Part shown: one piece after another, positions 1 to 9,222 of the stretch | How the letters are laid out: the number at the start of each line of letters is the position of its first letter | How positions within the stretch are numbered: the first letter of the stretch is position 1 | NCBI GenBank assembly: GCA_045128275.1 | Contig: JBGVRH010000102.1 | Span: 360 to 64,359 of the forward strand | Direction of reading: 5' to 3' | DNA length: 64,000 nt | Source of the DNA: Eubacteriales bacterium | GTDB taxonomy: Bacteria > Bacillota > Clostridia > Oscillospirales > CAG-272 | Made by a program: the position numbers and the translations under genes | The notes under the pieces: generated by a model | Databases searched by the model: none | Seen by the model: the letters and a program-made list of their open reading frames with translations, nothing else | What the model was told of the DNA's origin: nothing

Positions 1-1
1 G

Positions 2-85
2 TTCTCCCGTTGCGCCAGATCCGCCGATATGATGCTGGCCATCCGCGCCAAGGTAGACGAGCTGATCGCCGAGGCGGTCAAGTAA
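2..85 (+). CDS. 3' end of an unidentified CDS entering from upstream of the window (...ADMMLAIRAKVDELIAEAVK*)
   Basis: Open frame from the window edge with the same GC3-rich codon usage as neighbours. TAA at 83-85, followed by a hairpin terminator. Confidence 0.35.
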   Translation, partial: FSRCARSADMMLAIRAKVDELIAEAVK

Positions 86-104
86 GTCCGCCCCCATATC
101 TCAC

Positions 105-152
105 AAAAAATACCGCATCTCATGGGTCCTTCCCACGGGATGCGGTATTTTC
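105..152. terminator. Bidirectional rho-independent terminator between convergent genes
   Basis: Stem ataccgcatc (110-119) / gatgcggtat (139-148), flanked by an A-run upstream and a T-run downstream. Confidence 0.6.
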
Positions 153-165
153 ATTCGTTTCTCGG

Positions 166-1335
166 TCAGATCTCGCTATACCCGCCCAAGAAAGCGAAGG
201 TCTCACAGCTCCGCTCCAGGTCCGAAAGGAGGTAGCGGATGCGCTCCTCGGCGGGGGAGGCCTCGAAATCGAAGTAGAAGCGCATATCGAAGTCCCGCCC
301 CTCCATGGGACGGCTCTCCAGCTTGGTGAGGTTGACCCCCTGGGCGGTGAATTTGGCCAGGGTGGCGTACAGGGAGCCGGGCTCATGGGGCAGGGTCAGC
401 ATGAGGCTGATCTTGGTGGCTCCGGGGTAGACCCGCAGATCCTTGGTGATGCAGATGAAGCGGGTATCGTTGCGCCCCGCGTTCATGATGGTGTTGCCAT
501 CGGCCAGCTGGGCGAGGCTGTAGAGGGAGGCACAGGACTCCGAGGCGATGGCGGCCACGTCGTCCCGATCCATAGCGGCCACGGTAGCGGCGGCCTCGGC
601 GGTATTGCGGCAGACGTGGGTCTTGATCTCGGGGTGAGCCTCTAAGAAGCGGCGGCACTGGCCCAGAGCCTGGCTGTGGGAGTAGACCTCCCGAATATCC
701 TCCATTTTGGCACCGTGCTTGCCCAGCAGACGGTGGTCGATGCGGAGCTTGATACTGCGGACGATGGAGAAATTGTACTTCTGCATGAGATCGTAGACCT
801 CGTTGACGGTGCCGTAGGTGCTGTTCTCGATGGGCAGGACACCGAACTCGCACTCCCCCCTCTCCACCGCCTCGAAGACGTCACCGAAGGTGCCGTAGTA
901 GCGAATGCGGGGGAGGCTGAAGAGACGGTCAGCGGCGATCTGACTATAAGCCCCCTCCACGCCCTGGCAGGCCACCAGGCCTCCGTCGGGGAAGACAGAG
1001 GGAGTCGCGTCCATGGCGCGCACAATGCGCTGGGACACGTCCTCGGAATGGTCGGCGGCGTGTGCGGCGGCCAGAAGGCTGGACTGACGGGCCTTGGAGA
1101 GATCCATCATGACCGTGAAGAAGGTCTTGGCGTAGTAGCGGTATTCGGGGCCGGCCAGATCCGCCATGTCGGCCAGGATCTCCCGCTCACGGGTACGGTC
1201 GTAGACGGGAAGACCATGCTCCCTCTTGTAGTCCGCCACGTCGGCGGAAACGTCCATGCGGCGGCAGAATTTCTCCACCAGCTCGCGGTTCAGCGCGTCG
1301 ATCTCGGCGCGGCTTTCTTTGATATCTCTTGCCAT
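166..1335 (-). CDS. pheA: Bifunctional chorismate mutase / prephenate dehydratase
   Basis: 389-aa ORF. N-terminal chorismate-mutase helices (RAEIDALNRELVEKFCRRM), a PDT domain (GVEGAYSQ...ENSTYGTV) and a C-terminal ACT domain (ESRP). RBS aaaaaggag upstream of the ATG. Confidence 0.9.
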   Translation of the reverse strand: MARDIKESRAEIDALNRELVEKFCRRMDVSADVADYKREHGLPVYDRTREREILADMADLAGPEYRYYAKTFFTVMMDLSKARQSSLLAAAHAADHSEDVSQRIVRAMDATPSVFPDGGLVACQGVEGAYSQIAADRLFSLPRIRYYGTFGDVFEAVERGECEFGVLPIENSTYGTVNEVYDLMQKYNFSIVRSIKLRIDHRLLGKHGAKMEDIREVYSHSQALGQCRRFLEAHPEIKTHVCRNTAEAAATVAAMDRDDVAAIASESCASLYSLAQLADGNTIMNAGRNDTRFICITKDLRVYPGATKISLMLTLPHEPGSLYATLAKFTAQGVNLTKLESRPMEGRDFDMRFYFDFEASPAEERIRYLLSDLERSCETFAFLGGYSEI

Positions 1336-1350
1336 AGTCGGCTCCTTTTT

Positions 1351-1425
1351 GGAGAAACGGCCTCCGGCGGCTTAAGGGGACTTTTTGGAAAAAGTCCCCT
1401 TAAGAATCCTTCCAAAACCTTCAAG
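1351..1425. repeat. Palindromic intergenic repeat, family 3, copy 1 (second copy at 37531-37600)
   Basis: Conserved flanks acggcctccggcggctta ... taagaa(t/c)(c/t)c..ccaaaaccttcaa. The flanks surround a perfect palindrome, cttaaggggacttttt-gg-aaaaagtccccttaag. Confidence 0.8.
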
Positions 1426-1508
1426 CAAGGAATTGTGACGGGGGAGGTCGGTTGGTTTGATGCGAAATCTATTTCGGGGGAGAACCGGTTTGGCTCTCCC
1501 CCAGAGGT

Positions 1509-3200
1509 TTATTCAACGGAAATGACGAAATCGTAGAGGGGCTGACCGCCGTAGAGCAGGCTGAACTCGGCGTCGGGCAGCTCGGCCTTCATCTTCTCGA
1601 AGATGATGTTGGCATTCTCCTCGGTGACCTCGTCGCCGTAGAGGACGGTCACGAAGGAGGCATCGGGGAAGTTGCGGAGCATCTCCAGGATGATGATCTC
1701 ATAGTCGGTGCCGGTGTAGCCGATCTTGCGGTCGCACAGGCCCATGTACTCGCCCGCCTTGATGGAGATGCCGTCGATGGCGGCGTCCTTCACGGCGCGG
1801 GTGACCGACAGGGTATGAACCGTACCGAAGGTCTCGGTCATGGCGGCGGCATTGTCGTCGGCGGCAGAGTCGGGATCGAAGGCCAGCATAGCCGACATGC
1901 CCTCGGGCACGCTGCGGGTCTCCAGCACGATGACGCGCTGCTGGGGGATCAGACCCTCGGCCACCTCGGCCTCAATGATGGCGGCGGCCTGGTTGGCCAC
2001 CATGATGATGTTCTTGTTGTTGGGCAGGACGAAGACCTCGCGGCCGCGGGTCTTGCGGATGGCGTCCAGCAGGTTATCGGTGGAGGGGTTCATGGTCTGA
2101 CCGCCCGTGACGATCTCATGGACACCCAGCTCGCGGAAGATGTTGGCAGTACCCTCACCCAGGCAGACGGCCACGAAGCCGAAGTCCTTGTCAGGGGTGT
2201 AGTCCACGGGAGGATCGATCTCGCCCTTATCGGCCTTTTCACCGGCAGAGGTGAGCGCGGAGTGCTGCTTCTTCATGTTCTCGATCTTGACCATCTCCAG
2301 TGCACCGTACTTGACGGCCTCGGACAGCACCATACCGGGATCGTTGGTGTGGATATGCACCTTGATGATCTCCTCGTCGTCCACGAAGACCATACTGTCG
2401 CCCAGAGGAGAGATGAACTCCTTGAAGGCCTCGGCGGTACCCTCGCCGCGGAAGGCATCGGACTTGCCCACGATGCACTCGGTGCAGTAGGCGAAGGTGA
2501 TGGAGTCGGTATCGAACTCACCGAAGTCGGCGCCCTCCTGGGTTTCGTCGTCGGAGCCCTCCACGGCGGCCACGTCGTTGCCCTTCAGGGAGGCCAACAT
2601 GCCCTTGAGCATGGTGACAAAGCCCTGTCCGCCGGCATCCACCACGTTGGCCTGCTTCAGGACGGGGAGCATCTCGGGAGTCTGCTCCAGAACCTCCTCG
2701 GCACCCTCCAGCAGGCGCTCAAAGAAGGCCTCGGGGTTGCCCTTGAACTGCTCGGACTCAGCCTCAGCGATCTCGGCGGTGCCGCGCATGACGGTCAGGA
2801 TGGTACCCTCGGCGGGCTTGCTGACGGCGCGGTAGGCCTCGTTGGTACCGCTGCGGATGGCCTTGGCGATATCCTCGGAATCGGCGGTCTCCAGGCCCTC
2901 GAAGGACTTGGACATACCGCGGAAGAACAGGGACAGGATCGCGCCCGAGTTACCGCGGGCGGCGCGGAGCAGACGGTTGGCCACGCGGGAGGCAGCCTCG
3001 GCCAGAGTGCCGGGCTCCACCTGGATCTCGCGGGCGGGCTTCATGGTCAGGGACATATTGATGCCCGTGTCGCCGTCGGGAACGGGGAATACGTTCAGGT
3101 TGTTGATCTCGGTCTTCTCGGTGTCCAGGGAATTCGCGGCGGAGGCCACCATTTTCTGGAACTGCTCGCCATCAATGACTTTCTTAGACATAATTTTCAA
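1509..3200 (-). CDS. yloV: DAK2 domain fusion protein YloV (DhaL-like N-terminus plus DegV-like C-terminus)
   Basis: 563-aa ORF with the motif LNVFPVPDGDTGINMSLTM typical of Dak2/DhaL-like domains. Start is uncertain: TTG at 3200 or ATG at 3191. Confidence 0.85.
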   Translation of the reverse strand: MKIMSKKVIDGEQFQKMVASAANSLDTEKTEINNLNVFPVPDGDTGINMSLTMKPAREIQVEPGTLAEAASRVANRLLRAARGNSGAILSLFFRGMSKSFEGLETADSEDIAKAIRSGTNEAYRAVSKPAEGTILTVMRGTAEIAEAESEQFKGNPEAFFERLLEGAEEVLEQTPEMLPVLKQANVVDAGGQGFVTMLKGMLASLKGNDVAAVEGSDDETQEGADFGEFDTDSITFAYCTECIVGKSDAFRGEGTAEAFKEFISPLGDSMVFVDDEEIIKVHIHTNDPGMVLSEAVKYGALEMVKIENMKKQHSALTSAGEKADKGEIDPPVDYTPDKDFGFVAVCLGEGTANIFRELGVHEIVTGGQTMNPSTDNLLDAIRKTRGREVFVLPNNKNIIMVANQAAAIIEAEVAEGLIPQQRVIVLETRSVPEGMSAMLAFDPDSAADDNAAAMTETFGTVHTLSVTRAVKDAAIDGISIKAGEYMGLCDRKIGYTGTDYEIIILEMLRNFPDASFVTVLYGDEVTEENANIIFEKMKAELPDAEFSLLYGGQPLYDFVISVE

Positions 3201-3275
3201 ACCAAGCCTTTCATCATCATTTTCGGTAATATTTCAGGTAATGCTTGACTGTTTTTGAGGGATCCCCCTTGAGGA

Positions 3276-4307
3276 TCAGAGCAGGTCGGCCACGTCCAGC
3301 ACCAGACGCTCGGTCTTCTCCCAGCCCAGGCAGGGGTCGGTGATGGATCTGCCGAAGCCCTCCTCGGTGACCTTGCGGGAGCCGTCCTCCAGGTAGCTCT
3401 CGATCATGAAGCCCTTGACCATGCGGCTGATGTCGCTGTTGTGACGGCAGGCGTGGAGAACCTCCTTGCAGATGCGGGGCTGCTCCAGGTACTTCTTGCC
3501 GGAGTTGGCGTGGTTGGTGTCCACCACCACGGCGGGGTTGACCAGCTTGGGGCTCTTTGCGTAAAGCTCAGCCAGGTGGGCCAGATCCTCGTAGTGATAG
3601 TTGGGCAGGCTGTGTCCCTGCTTGTTGACGTAGCCGCGGAGAATGGCGTGAGCCAGGGGGTTACCCGTGGTCTGCACCTGCCAGCCGCGGAAGATGAAGG
3701 AGTGAGACTGCTGAGCCGCGGTCAGGGCGTTCATCATGACCGACAGATCGCCTCCTGTGGGGTTCTTCATGCCTACGGGGCAGGACACGCCGCTGGATAC
3801 CAGGCGGTGCTCCTGGTTCTCCACCGAGCGGGCACCCACAGCCACGTAGGAAAGAAGATCGTCCAGGTAGCGGTAGTTGGCGGGGTAGAGCATCTCGTCG
3901 GCGGTGGGGAGACCGAACTCGGTCAGCACACGGGTGTGGAGCTCACGAATCGCCAGGATGCCCTTGTACATATCCGGCGCGTCGTTGGGGTCGGGCTGAT
4001 GGAGCATACCCTTGTAGCCCTCGCCGGTGGTGCGGGGCTTACCCGTGTAGATGCGGGGGATCAGGATCAGCTTATCGGCTACCTTGTCCTGCAAAATACG
4101 GAGACGGCGGACGTACTCGATCACAGGCTCCTCGCTGTCTGCCGAGCAGGGGCCGATGACCAGCACCTTCTTGTCGGACTCCCCCGTAAAGACCCGGGCG
4201 ATCTCTTCGTCGCGGGCGACCTTGAGGGAAGCGGCCGCGGCGGAAACGGGATAGCGTTCCTTGGTCTCTTGAGGGATGGGGAGCTTGTGGATAAAATTCA
4301 TAGACAT
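3276..4307 (-). CDS. aroF: 3-deoxy-7-phosphoheptulonate (DAHP) synthase, class I
   Basis: Motifs GPCS...GKPRTT, IGARSVENQEHR and VDTNHANS. Start set at MSMNFIHK (cat at 4305-4307). The longer track ORF to 4442 has no RBS support. Confidence 0.9.
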   Translation of the reverse strand: MSMNFIHKLPIPQETKERYPVSAAAASLKVARDEEIARVFTGESDKKVLVIGPCSADSEEPVIEYVRRLRILQDKVADKLILIPRIYTGKPRTTGEGYKGMLHQPDPNDAPDMYKGILAIRELHTRVLTEFGLPTADEMLYPANYRYLDDLLSYVAVGARSVENQEHRLVSSGVSCPVGMKNPTGGDLSVMMNALTAAQQSHSFIFRGWQVQTTGNPLAHAILRGYVNKQGHSLPNYHYEDLAHLAELYAKSPKLVNPAVVVDTNHANSGKKYLEQPRICKEVLHACRHNSDISRMVKGFMIESYLEDGSRKVTEEGFGRSITDPCLGWEKTERLVLDVADLL

Positions 4308-4478
4308 AGCGGTTGTTCTCCTGTTCTTCCCGTCGGAAGGCTGGGGCAGGGGCGCGCGGGCATGGGGCTCTGGGGAGCGGGATGGGGCGCTGTGTACCTC
4401 GGTCTTGCGGCGAATTGATTCGCTTGCTCTATCCAAACGCATGAAGCGCGGTACATACGGATACAGACATACATACTA

Positions 4479-4507
4479 ATTATACCGCAAAGCCCCTTAT
4501 TTGTCAA
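4479..4507 (-). promoter_or_regulatory. Sigma-A type promoter upstream of the DAHP synthase gene
   Basis: Minus strand reads TTGACA (4507-4502), a 17-nt spacer and TATAAT (4484-4479). Implies a leader of about 165 nt. Confidence 0.6.
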
Positions 4508-4651
4508 GAGTTTTCCCCGCGTTTTGGCGTTTCGTTCATAAAAACTGTGAGTTTGTACCGCTTTTCCCATCTCTCTTGGGGAGATTTGAGCAATTTGTTG
4601 TAAAAACAACAATCGCAAGCCTCCCGAGGCTTGACGGGGATCTCCTCAAAT

Positions 4652-4694
4652 GAAAAAATCCCCCGACACACCCAAATGCGCGTGTCGGGGGATG
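4652..4694 (-). terminator. Rho-independent terminator of the 4708-5754 gene
   Basis: Stem atcccccgacac / gtgtcgggggat, followed by a T-run on the minus strand. Confidence 0.7.
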
Positions 4695-4707
4695 AGCTTG
4701 TAAGGGA

Positions 4708-5754
4708 TCAGATGGTGACCTCGGCGTGGGCCTCGGCGCTGCGGTAGATGGCATCCAGCATCTTCTGGACGGTCAGCGCATCCTCCATGGGGGAGACGGG
4801 GGTCTTGCCCGTGTTCAGGCAATCCACGAAGTGGCGAAGCTCCTCCACGAACATATTGTTGGGAGTCACCTCGGGCTGAACGTCGGCCAGGTAGCCCTCC
4901 TCGTTCTCGCCGTAGACGGTGAGAGGCTCGAAGGAGCAGCCTGCCTTGCTGCCGAACAGGGTCACGTCGTTGGCTTCCTTACCGTTGATGGCCCAGGCGA
5001 TCTCGGCGGTCATGGTCTTGCCGCCCTCAAAGCGGAAGAACACCATAGCGGAGTCCTCGGTGTCGAACACGCCGAAGCCCTCGCCGAAGGGACGCCAGCG
5101 GTTGATGCCCTTGGTCTGGAAGTCACCGATGCGGTAGGAGGTCTCGGCGGAGCAGGTGATGGGGGTGGGTCTGCCCATGAGATACCAGGTACGGTCGATG
5201 GCGTGAACGCCGATATCCAGGACGGGGCCGCCGCCTGCCAGCTCCTTGTCGGTGAACCAGCCGCTGGGAGTACCTCTGCGGCGGACGTAGCGGCACTTGG
5301 CGGTGTAGATCTCACCGAACACGCCCTCCTCGTACAGCTCGCGGCACTTCATAGCCTCGGCCATATAGCGGGTCACCACGGCCAGCATGAACTGAACGCC
5401 TGCCTCGCGGACGGCCTTCTCCATCTCCAGACCCTGCTCGAGAGAGGCGGCCAGGGGCTTCTCGCAGAGGATGTGCTTCCCTGCCTTGGCGGCGGCGATG
5501 CACACGGGGGCATGGGCGGCGGTCCAGGTACAAATGTCGATGTAGTCCACGTCCACGTTGGCCAAAAGCTCCTCGACGGAGGCGAAGTAGTGGGGGATGC
5601 CGAACTTCTCGGCGGCAGCCTGTGCCCGCTCGGGGACGATGTCCGCGATGGCGACCACCTCAACGATGTCCGTGAGCTCCATGTAGGAGGGCAGATGGGC
5701 GGAGGTGGCGATGTTGCCCGCGCCGACGATACCGACTCTCAGTTTGTTTGCCAT
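4708..5754 (-). CDS. Gfo/Idh/MocA family NAD(P)-dependent oxidoreductase
   Basis: 348 aa. N-terminal Rossmann motif LRVGIVGAGNIA and an EKP motif (LCEKPLA). Confidence 0.9.
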   Translation of the reverse strand: MANKLRVGIVGAGNIATSAHLPSYMELTDIVEVVAIADIVPERAQAAAEKFGIPHYFASVEELLANVDVDYIDICTWTAAHAPVCIAAAKAGKHILCEKPLAASLEQGLEMEKAVREAGVQFMLAVVTRYMAEAMKCRELYEEGVFGEIYTAKCRYVRRRGTPSGWFTDKELAGGGPVLDIGVHAIDRTWYLMGRPTPITCSAETSYRIGDFQTKGINRWRPFGEGFGVFDTEDSAMVFFRFEGGKTMTAEIAWAINGKEANDVTLFGSKAGCSFEPLTVYGENEEGYLADVQPEVTPNNMFVEELRHFVDCLNTGKTPVSPMEDALTVQKMLDAIYRSAEAHAEVTI

Positions 5755-5858
5755 AGTGTTGTTCCCTTTCCCGAAGCATTCCTCGGGATTGTCCTTTCTC
5801 GGGCGTGTGGGGCCCGACTGTTTTCATCAGCCTCCGTCACGGGGGCTTGTTACCTGTC

Positions 5859-5887
5859 ATTATAGCACGATAGCCGTCCTCTGTCAA
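5859..5887 (-). promoter_or_regulatory. Sigma-A type promoter for the 4708-5754 gene
   Basis: Minus strand reads TTGACA, a 17-nt spacer and TATAAT, with TGC immediately upstream of the -10. Confidence 0.6.
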
Positions 5888-6005
5888 GAGGAAATTGGGA
5901 AAGTCGGGGTTTTCGGGAAATGAAATCCACGATCCTTCAAGGATACGCCGCCGCGCTTGGTATCGTAGAGCCCGAAATCCTCCGAAGACCTTCACGCCAA
6001 GGCAA

Positions 6006-6040
6006 CGCAAAAAGGGCACGCGGTCGGCATGCCCTTTGCG
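6006..6040 (-). terminator. Rho-independent terminator of the ClC gene
   Basis: Stem aaagggca / tgcccttt, followed by TTTTT on the minus strand. Confidence 0.65.
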
Positions 6041-6062
6041 TACGTTGTTTCTGACCCTACGG

Positions 6063-7694
6063 TCAATCCGAGGGAACGAGATGCTCGTTGCTTCCCTCCC
6101 GGGTGTGCGCCGGCGGATCCTCCGGCTGATCTCCCAGAATGGCGGAAAGGGCGCGCCCGGTCTCCTCGGGGGTGTAGGTCTGGTAGTGGAGGTGCAGAAC
6201 GTCCCCCTCGCAGACCTCCTGCCCGCCGTGATGGGTGGCGCGGGATTGCTTGCGGTCGATGGACAGCACGGTGCAGGTGGGCGGCCACAGGATCTCGCGG
6301 ATCTCCATGCCCTCCGCAAAGGAGTTCTTCTGTACCGTCATGTAGGCATCTACGATCATGGGCGTCCTGCCCTGCCGTACCTCCTGCGCCCGTCGCTCGA
6401 TGACCGTATCCGCAAAGGAGGTCTTGCCCGAGATCTCTACGATCAGATAGGCCACGACCACGCCGAATACCACCGGCATGATGTTGGCCGCCACGCAGAG
6501 TGCCTCCGCCGCGAACACGATGGCGGTAATGGGAGTGCGTGAGGATGCCGCCAGGAAGGAGGCCATACCCACGACGATGAGGATCGTGCCGTACCGTCCG
6601 TCGATCAGACCCAACGCGATCAAGCCCTCCGACACCAGCGATGCGATCATAGCGCCGAAGGTCAGAGTAGGGACGAAGATACCGCCGCTGACACCCTCGC
6701 AGTTGGAAAAGATCATCAAAAGCGCGCGGACAAAGAAGGCAAGGAGGATGGCGTACCAGACGGTCTTCCGATGCAGGATGGCCTCAATGAGGGAGTGTCC
6801 CGAACCTACGAAATGAGCCGACAGGAAGCCGAGAACAGCGGTGATGACGAAAATGAGTACGAAGCGCAGGATGAAGCCCCGCTTCCCGTCCGAGGCATCG
6901 GAGCCCTTCCGCGCGATCCGATACAGCCTCGTGAACAGCAGGGAGCAAACGCCGCACGCCCCGCCGACGAGGATAGCCGTCCACAGGTACCGCATGGGGA
7001 GGATCTGTGTGATCTCCAGATCGAAGAAGGTGGTATCCACCTTGAAAAAGAAGGAGAGATACCGATGGGTCACCGTACCCGCAAGAACCGAAATGGAGGC
7101 CACCGTAAAGAGGGTGGTGGAGAAGCGGCGATGGGCCTCCTCCAAGGCGAACAGGATACCCGACAGGGGCGCGCCCGTGGCAATGGCAAAGCCGGAGCAG
7201 GCTCCGCCCGTCATCAGATAGCGCTCCCACGCCTGTCTGTTCTTGCCCGTCAGATGGGAGCTTGCCTTACCGACGGCGGCACCCATCTGCACGCTGGGGC
7301 CCTCGTTGCCCAACGGCACACCCGCCAGATAGGTCAGCAGGGCAGAGCCGAACAGGACGGTAATGCCCTGCACCCACTTGAGGGGGATCAGCCCGCGAAT
7401 GGAAGCCACGGCGGTGGGAATGCCTCCCCCTCGGCACTCCTTGGCGTACTTCAGAATCAGAGCGGACACCGCGCCGATGGCGGCCGCCCCCGGGATCAGC
7501 AGGGGGACGTAGGCGGGGTTCTGCCGCACGAAGGCATAGATCTGCTCGGAGCGGCGCATGACGTCGGCGGAGGCGACCTTGAACAGGAAGATCAGAACTC
7601 CCGACAGGATCCCGACGACCATGGGGAACAGAATATACGGGATCAGCTTGGATCGTCTATCCCGGTTTTCATGAAGCTTTCTATGATTTTTCAT
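6063..7694 (-). CDS. ClC family voltage-gated chloride channel / H+-Cl- antiporter with a C-terminal TrkA-C (RCK_C) domain
   Basis: Multi-TM protein with GREGP-like (GNEGPSVQ) and GIFVPTL motifs. Start set at MKNHRKL (cat at 7692-7694). Confidence 0.85.
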   Translation of the reverse strand: MKNHRKLHENRDRRSKLIPYILFPMVVGILSGVLIFLFKVASADVMRRSEQIYAFVRQNPAYVPLLIPGAAAIGAVSALILKYAKECRGGGIPTAVASIRGLIPLKWVQGITVLFGSALLTYLAGVPLGNEGPSVQMGAAVGKASSHLTGKNRQAWERYLMTGGACSGFAIATGAPLSGILFALEEAHRRFSTTLFTVASISVLAGTVTHRYLSFFFKVDTTFFDLEITQILPMRYLWTAILVGGACGVCSLLFTRLYRIARKGSDASDGKRGFILRFVLIFVITAVLGFLSAHFVGSGHSLIEAILHRKTVWYAILLAFFVRALLMIFSNCEGVSGGIFVPTLTFGAMIASLVSEGLIALGLIDGRYGTILIVVGMASFLAASSRTPITAIVFAAEALCVAANIMPVVFGVVVAYLIVEISGKTSFADTVIERRAQEVRQGRTPMIVDAYMTVQKNSFAEGMEIREILWPPTCTVLSIDRKQSRATHHGGQEVCEGDVLHLHYQTYTPEETGRALSAILGDQPEDPPAHTREGSNEHLVPSD

Positions 7695-7770
7695 GGGTCT
7701 TCCTCTTGTCAGCCGATGAATAGGATTGCTTTTTACGACCCGCGCCCGATGCGGCGGATCTGCGGCACTC

Positions 7771-7799
7771 ATTGTAGCACAAAAACGCCGAATTGTAAA
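7771..7799 (-). promoter_or_regulatory. Candidate promoter of the ClC gene
   Basis: Minus strand reads TTTACA, a 17-nt spacer and TACAAT. Confidence 0.45.
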
Positions 7800-7926
7800 G
7801 ACGAAATTCAAAAAAAACGCAATTTTTTTGCCGCCTCGGAGCAGAATTGCAACGGAAAAAGCAAAGCCGAGCCACCGCCTGCAAACAGGGATGACTCGGC
7901 TCGGTTTTCAGGGCATTTCCGCAGGG

Positions 7927-8061
7927 TTACACGATCCCGCCCAGGTCGAACTCGGAGAGCCACTTGCTGGCCTCGGCGCAGACCGCCCGCAGGCAGGACT
8001 CGTCGAAGGGGGTGTCCAGACCCGCGTGCTTCAAGAGATCGGTGAAGGTCTTACTGCCGCC
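7927..8061 (-). pseudogene. Orphan duplicate of the last 44 codons plus stop of pepF
   Basis: 135 nt that align with 9223-9357 with about 10 mismatches by my count. It still reads GGSKTFTDLLKHAGLDTPFDESCLRAVCAEASKWLSEFDLGGIV* but has no upstream coding continuation. Confidence 0.85.
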
Positions 8062-8077
8062 TTTTTGGTGGCAAAAA

Positions 8078-8875
8078 TCAATTCTTCTGTAAAATATAAG
8101 CCTTGGAAATCACGCTGATCCCGATTCCCAACTGTTCGGCGGCTTCCCCCAGTTCGTTGTCATCAGCGGTCAGTGTCCGAGACTCGAACACGTCTTCGCT
8201 TACGATCTCAAAACCGACTTGCAGGAATCTTTCCCGCCACGTTGGAGTAGGATGATCTGATTCAAGCCCGCTCCACGGGGTCATTCCGGATTCACGGAAC
8301 ACGCGGAGCATAGCTTCGGTGTCCATCCATGTCTCTATGGTATAAAAGAAGCCGTTTTCCGTCAAGGTTCTGTAGATTTCACGCAGTGCCCGCTCATGTC
8401 CCTCCTCGCCGTTGCGGGTAGAGGACAACCCAATATAGCCGGAATAGGCAGGAACTGTGTTATCCCGAAACGGAATATCCATGAGAGAAAATTGGGCAAG
8501 ATCCAGATTCTTGATTGTCTCATTCCCGTCCAGATACCGTTTCCACTCCTCAATCACCAGCGAGTTTGCGTCTGTCGCCAGGCATACGTGATCCGGCGCC
8601 AGTTGCTTCACCGACGGCATGAGCCCCATACCGGGGCCGCAAGCAATTTCCACCACAGGATCGCCTTGAGCGATGATTGCATCCACAAGACGGCGAGACG
8701 CAGGATTGTTGAGAAAGAAATCGCTGTGGAAGTTACGCCTCATCCTTCCCGACCGCCAAATTGCAACATCGGATTCATCAAAACAGTCCGCGTCGCGGTC
8801 AGAATCATAATAGTAAATTCCGTCATAGCGGCGAACAGGCGGGCGCGAAAACCAATCGCAAAAGGGCTTTCTCAT
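8078..8875 (-). CDS. Class I SAM-dependent methyltransferase
   Basis: Motif I VVEIACGPGMG, followed by an acidic loop (ATDAN). Visibly more AT-rich than the flanking genes. Start set at MRKPF (cat at 8873-8875). Confidence 0.8.
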   Translation of the reverse strand: MRKPFCDWFSRPPVRRYDGIYYYDSDRDADCFDESDVAIWRSGRMRRNFHSDFFLNNPASRRLVDAIIAQGDPVVEIACGPGMGLMPSVKQLAPDHVCLATDANSLVIEEWKRYLDGNETIKNLDLAQFSLMDIPFRDNTVPAYSGYIGLSSTRNGEEGHERALREIYRTLTENGFFYTIETWMDTEAMLRVFRESGMTPWSGLESDHPTPTWRERFLQVGFEIVSEDVFESRTLTADDNELGEAAEQLGIGISVISKAYILQKN

Positions 8876-8968
8876 GGGAAACCTCCATAATGTAGACTCT
8901 GTTATAGGCGATTGAAAATGCTTCAAATTGGGGGTTATTGATCTGACAGAATAGATCGAAGTTGGGTA

Positions 8969-9175
8969 GGGTGACCCTCATCCGCCTCCCGCCGCAGGAG
9001 CTGGTCGGCACCTTCCCCCAAGGGAAGGCAAGAACGAGGTGTGTTTTTCGCTTCCTATACCCCCAAAATATACTGATACTAAAAAGTTTTTTAGTTGACG
9101 AGAAACACAAGCTCCTTGCCTTCCCCCGGGGGAAGGTGGCACCCGCCAAAGACGGGTGACGGATGAGGGTCACCC
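8969..9175. repeat. Large imperfect inverted repeat with GC-rich arms and an AT-rich centre (family 4)
   Basis: The left arm gggtgaccctcatccgcc...ccttcccccaagggaaggcaag is mirrored by cttgccttcccccgggggaagg...ggatgagggtcaccc. The centre is about 60 nt and AT-rich. Confidence 0.8.
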
Positions 9176-9222
9176 GTCTCGTTTTCGATCTGTTCTGTCA
9201 AACAGTTTGACAGACCCCTCTT

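Noticed and set aside
4308-4650. Possible T-box riboswitch upstream of aroF (a GTACCGCG string and an AGAGAG string are present)
   Set aside because: GTACCGCG lies at the very 5' end of the predicted leader and lacks the preceding GGUGG. The AGAGAG string lies upstream of the consensus promoter. I could not build a specifier loop or a terminator/antiterminator pair.
8823-9173. ORFs of 116 aa (-) and 65 aa (+) across 8823-9173
   Set aside because: They run through the arms of the large inverted repeat. The two strands give mirror-like peptides (..TFPRGKA.. / ..TFPQGKA..), which is an artefact of translating a palindrome.
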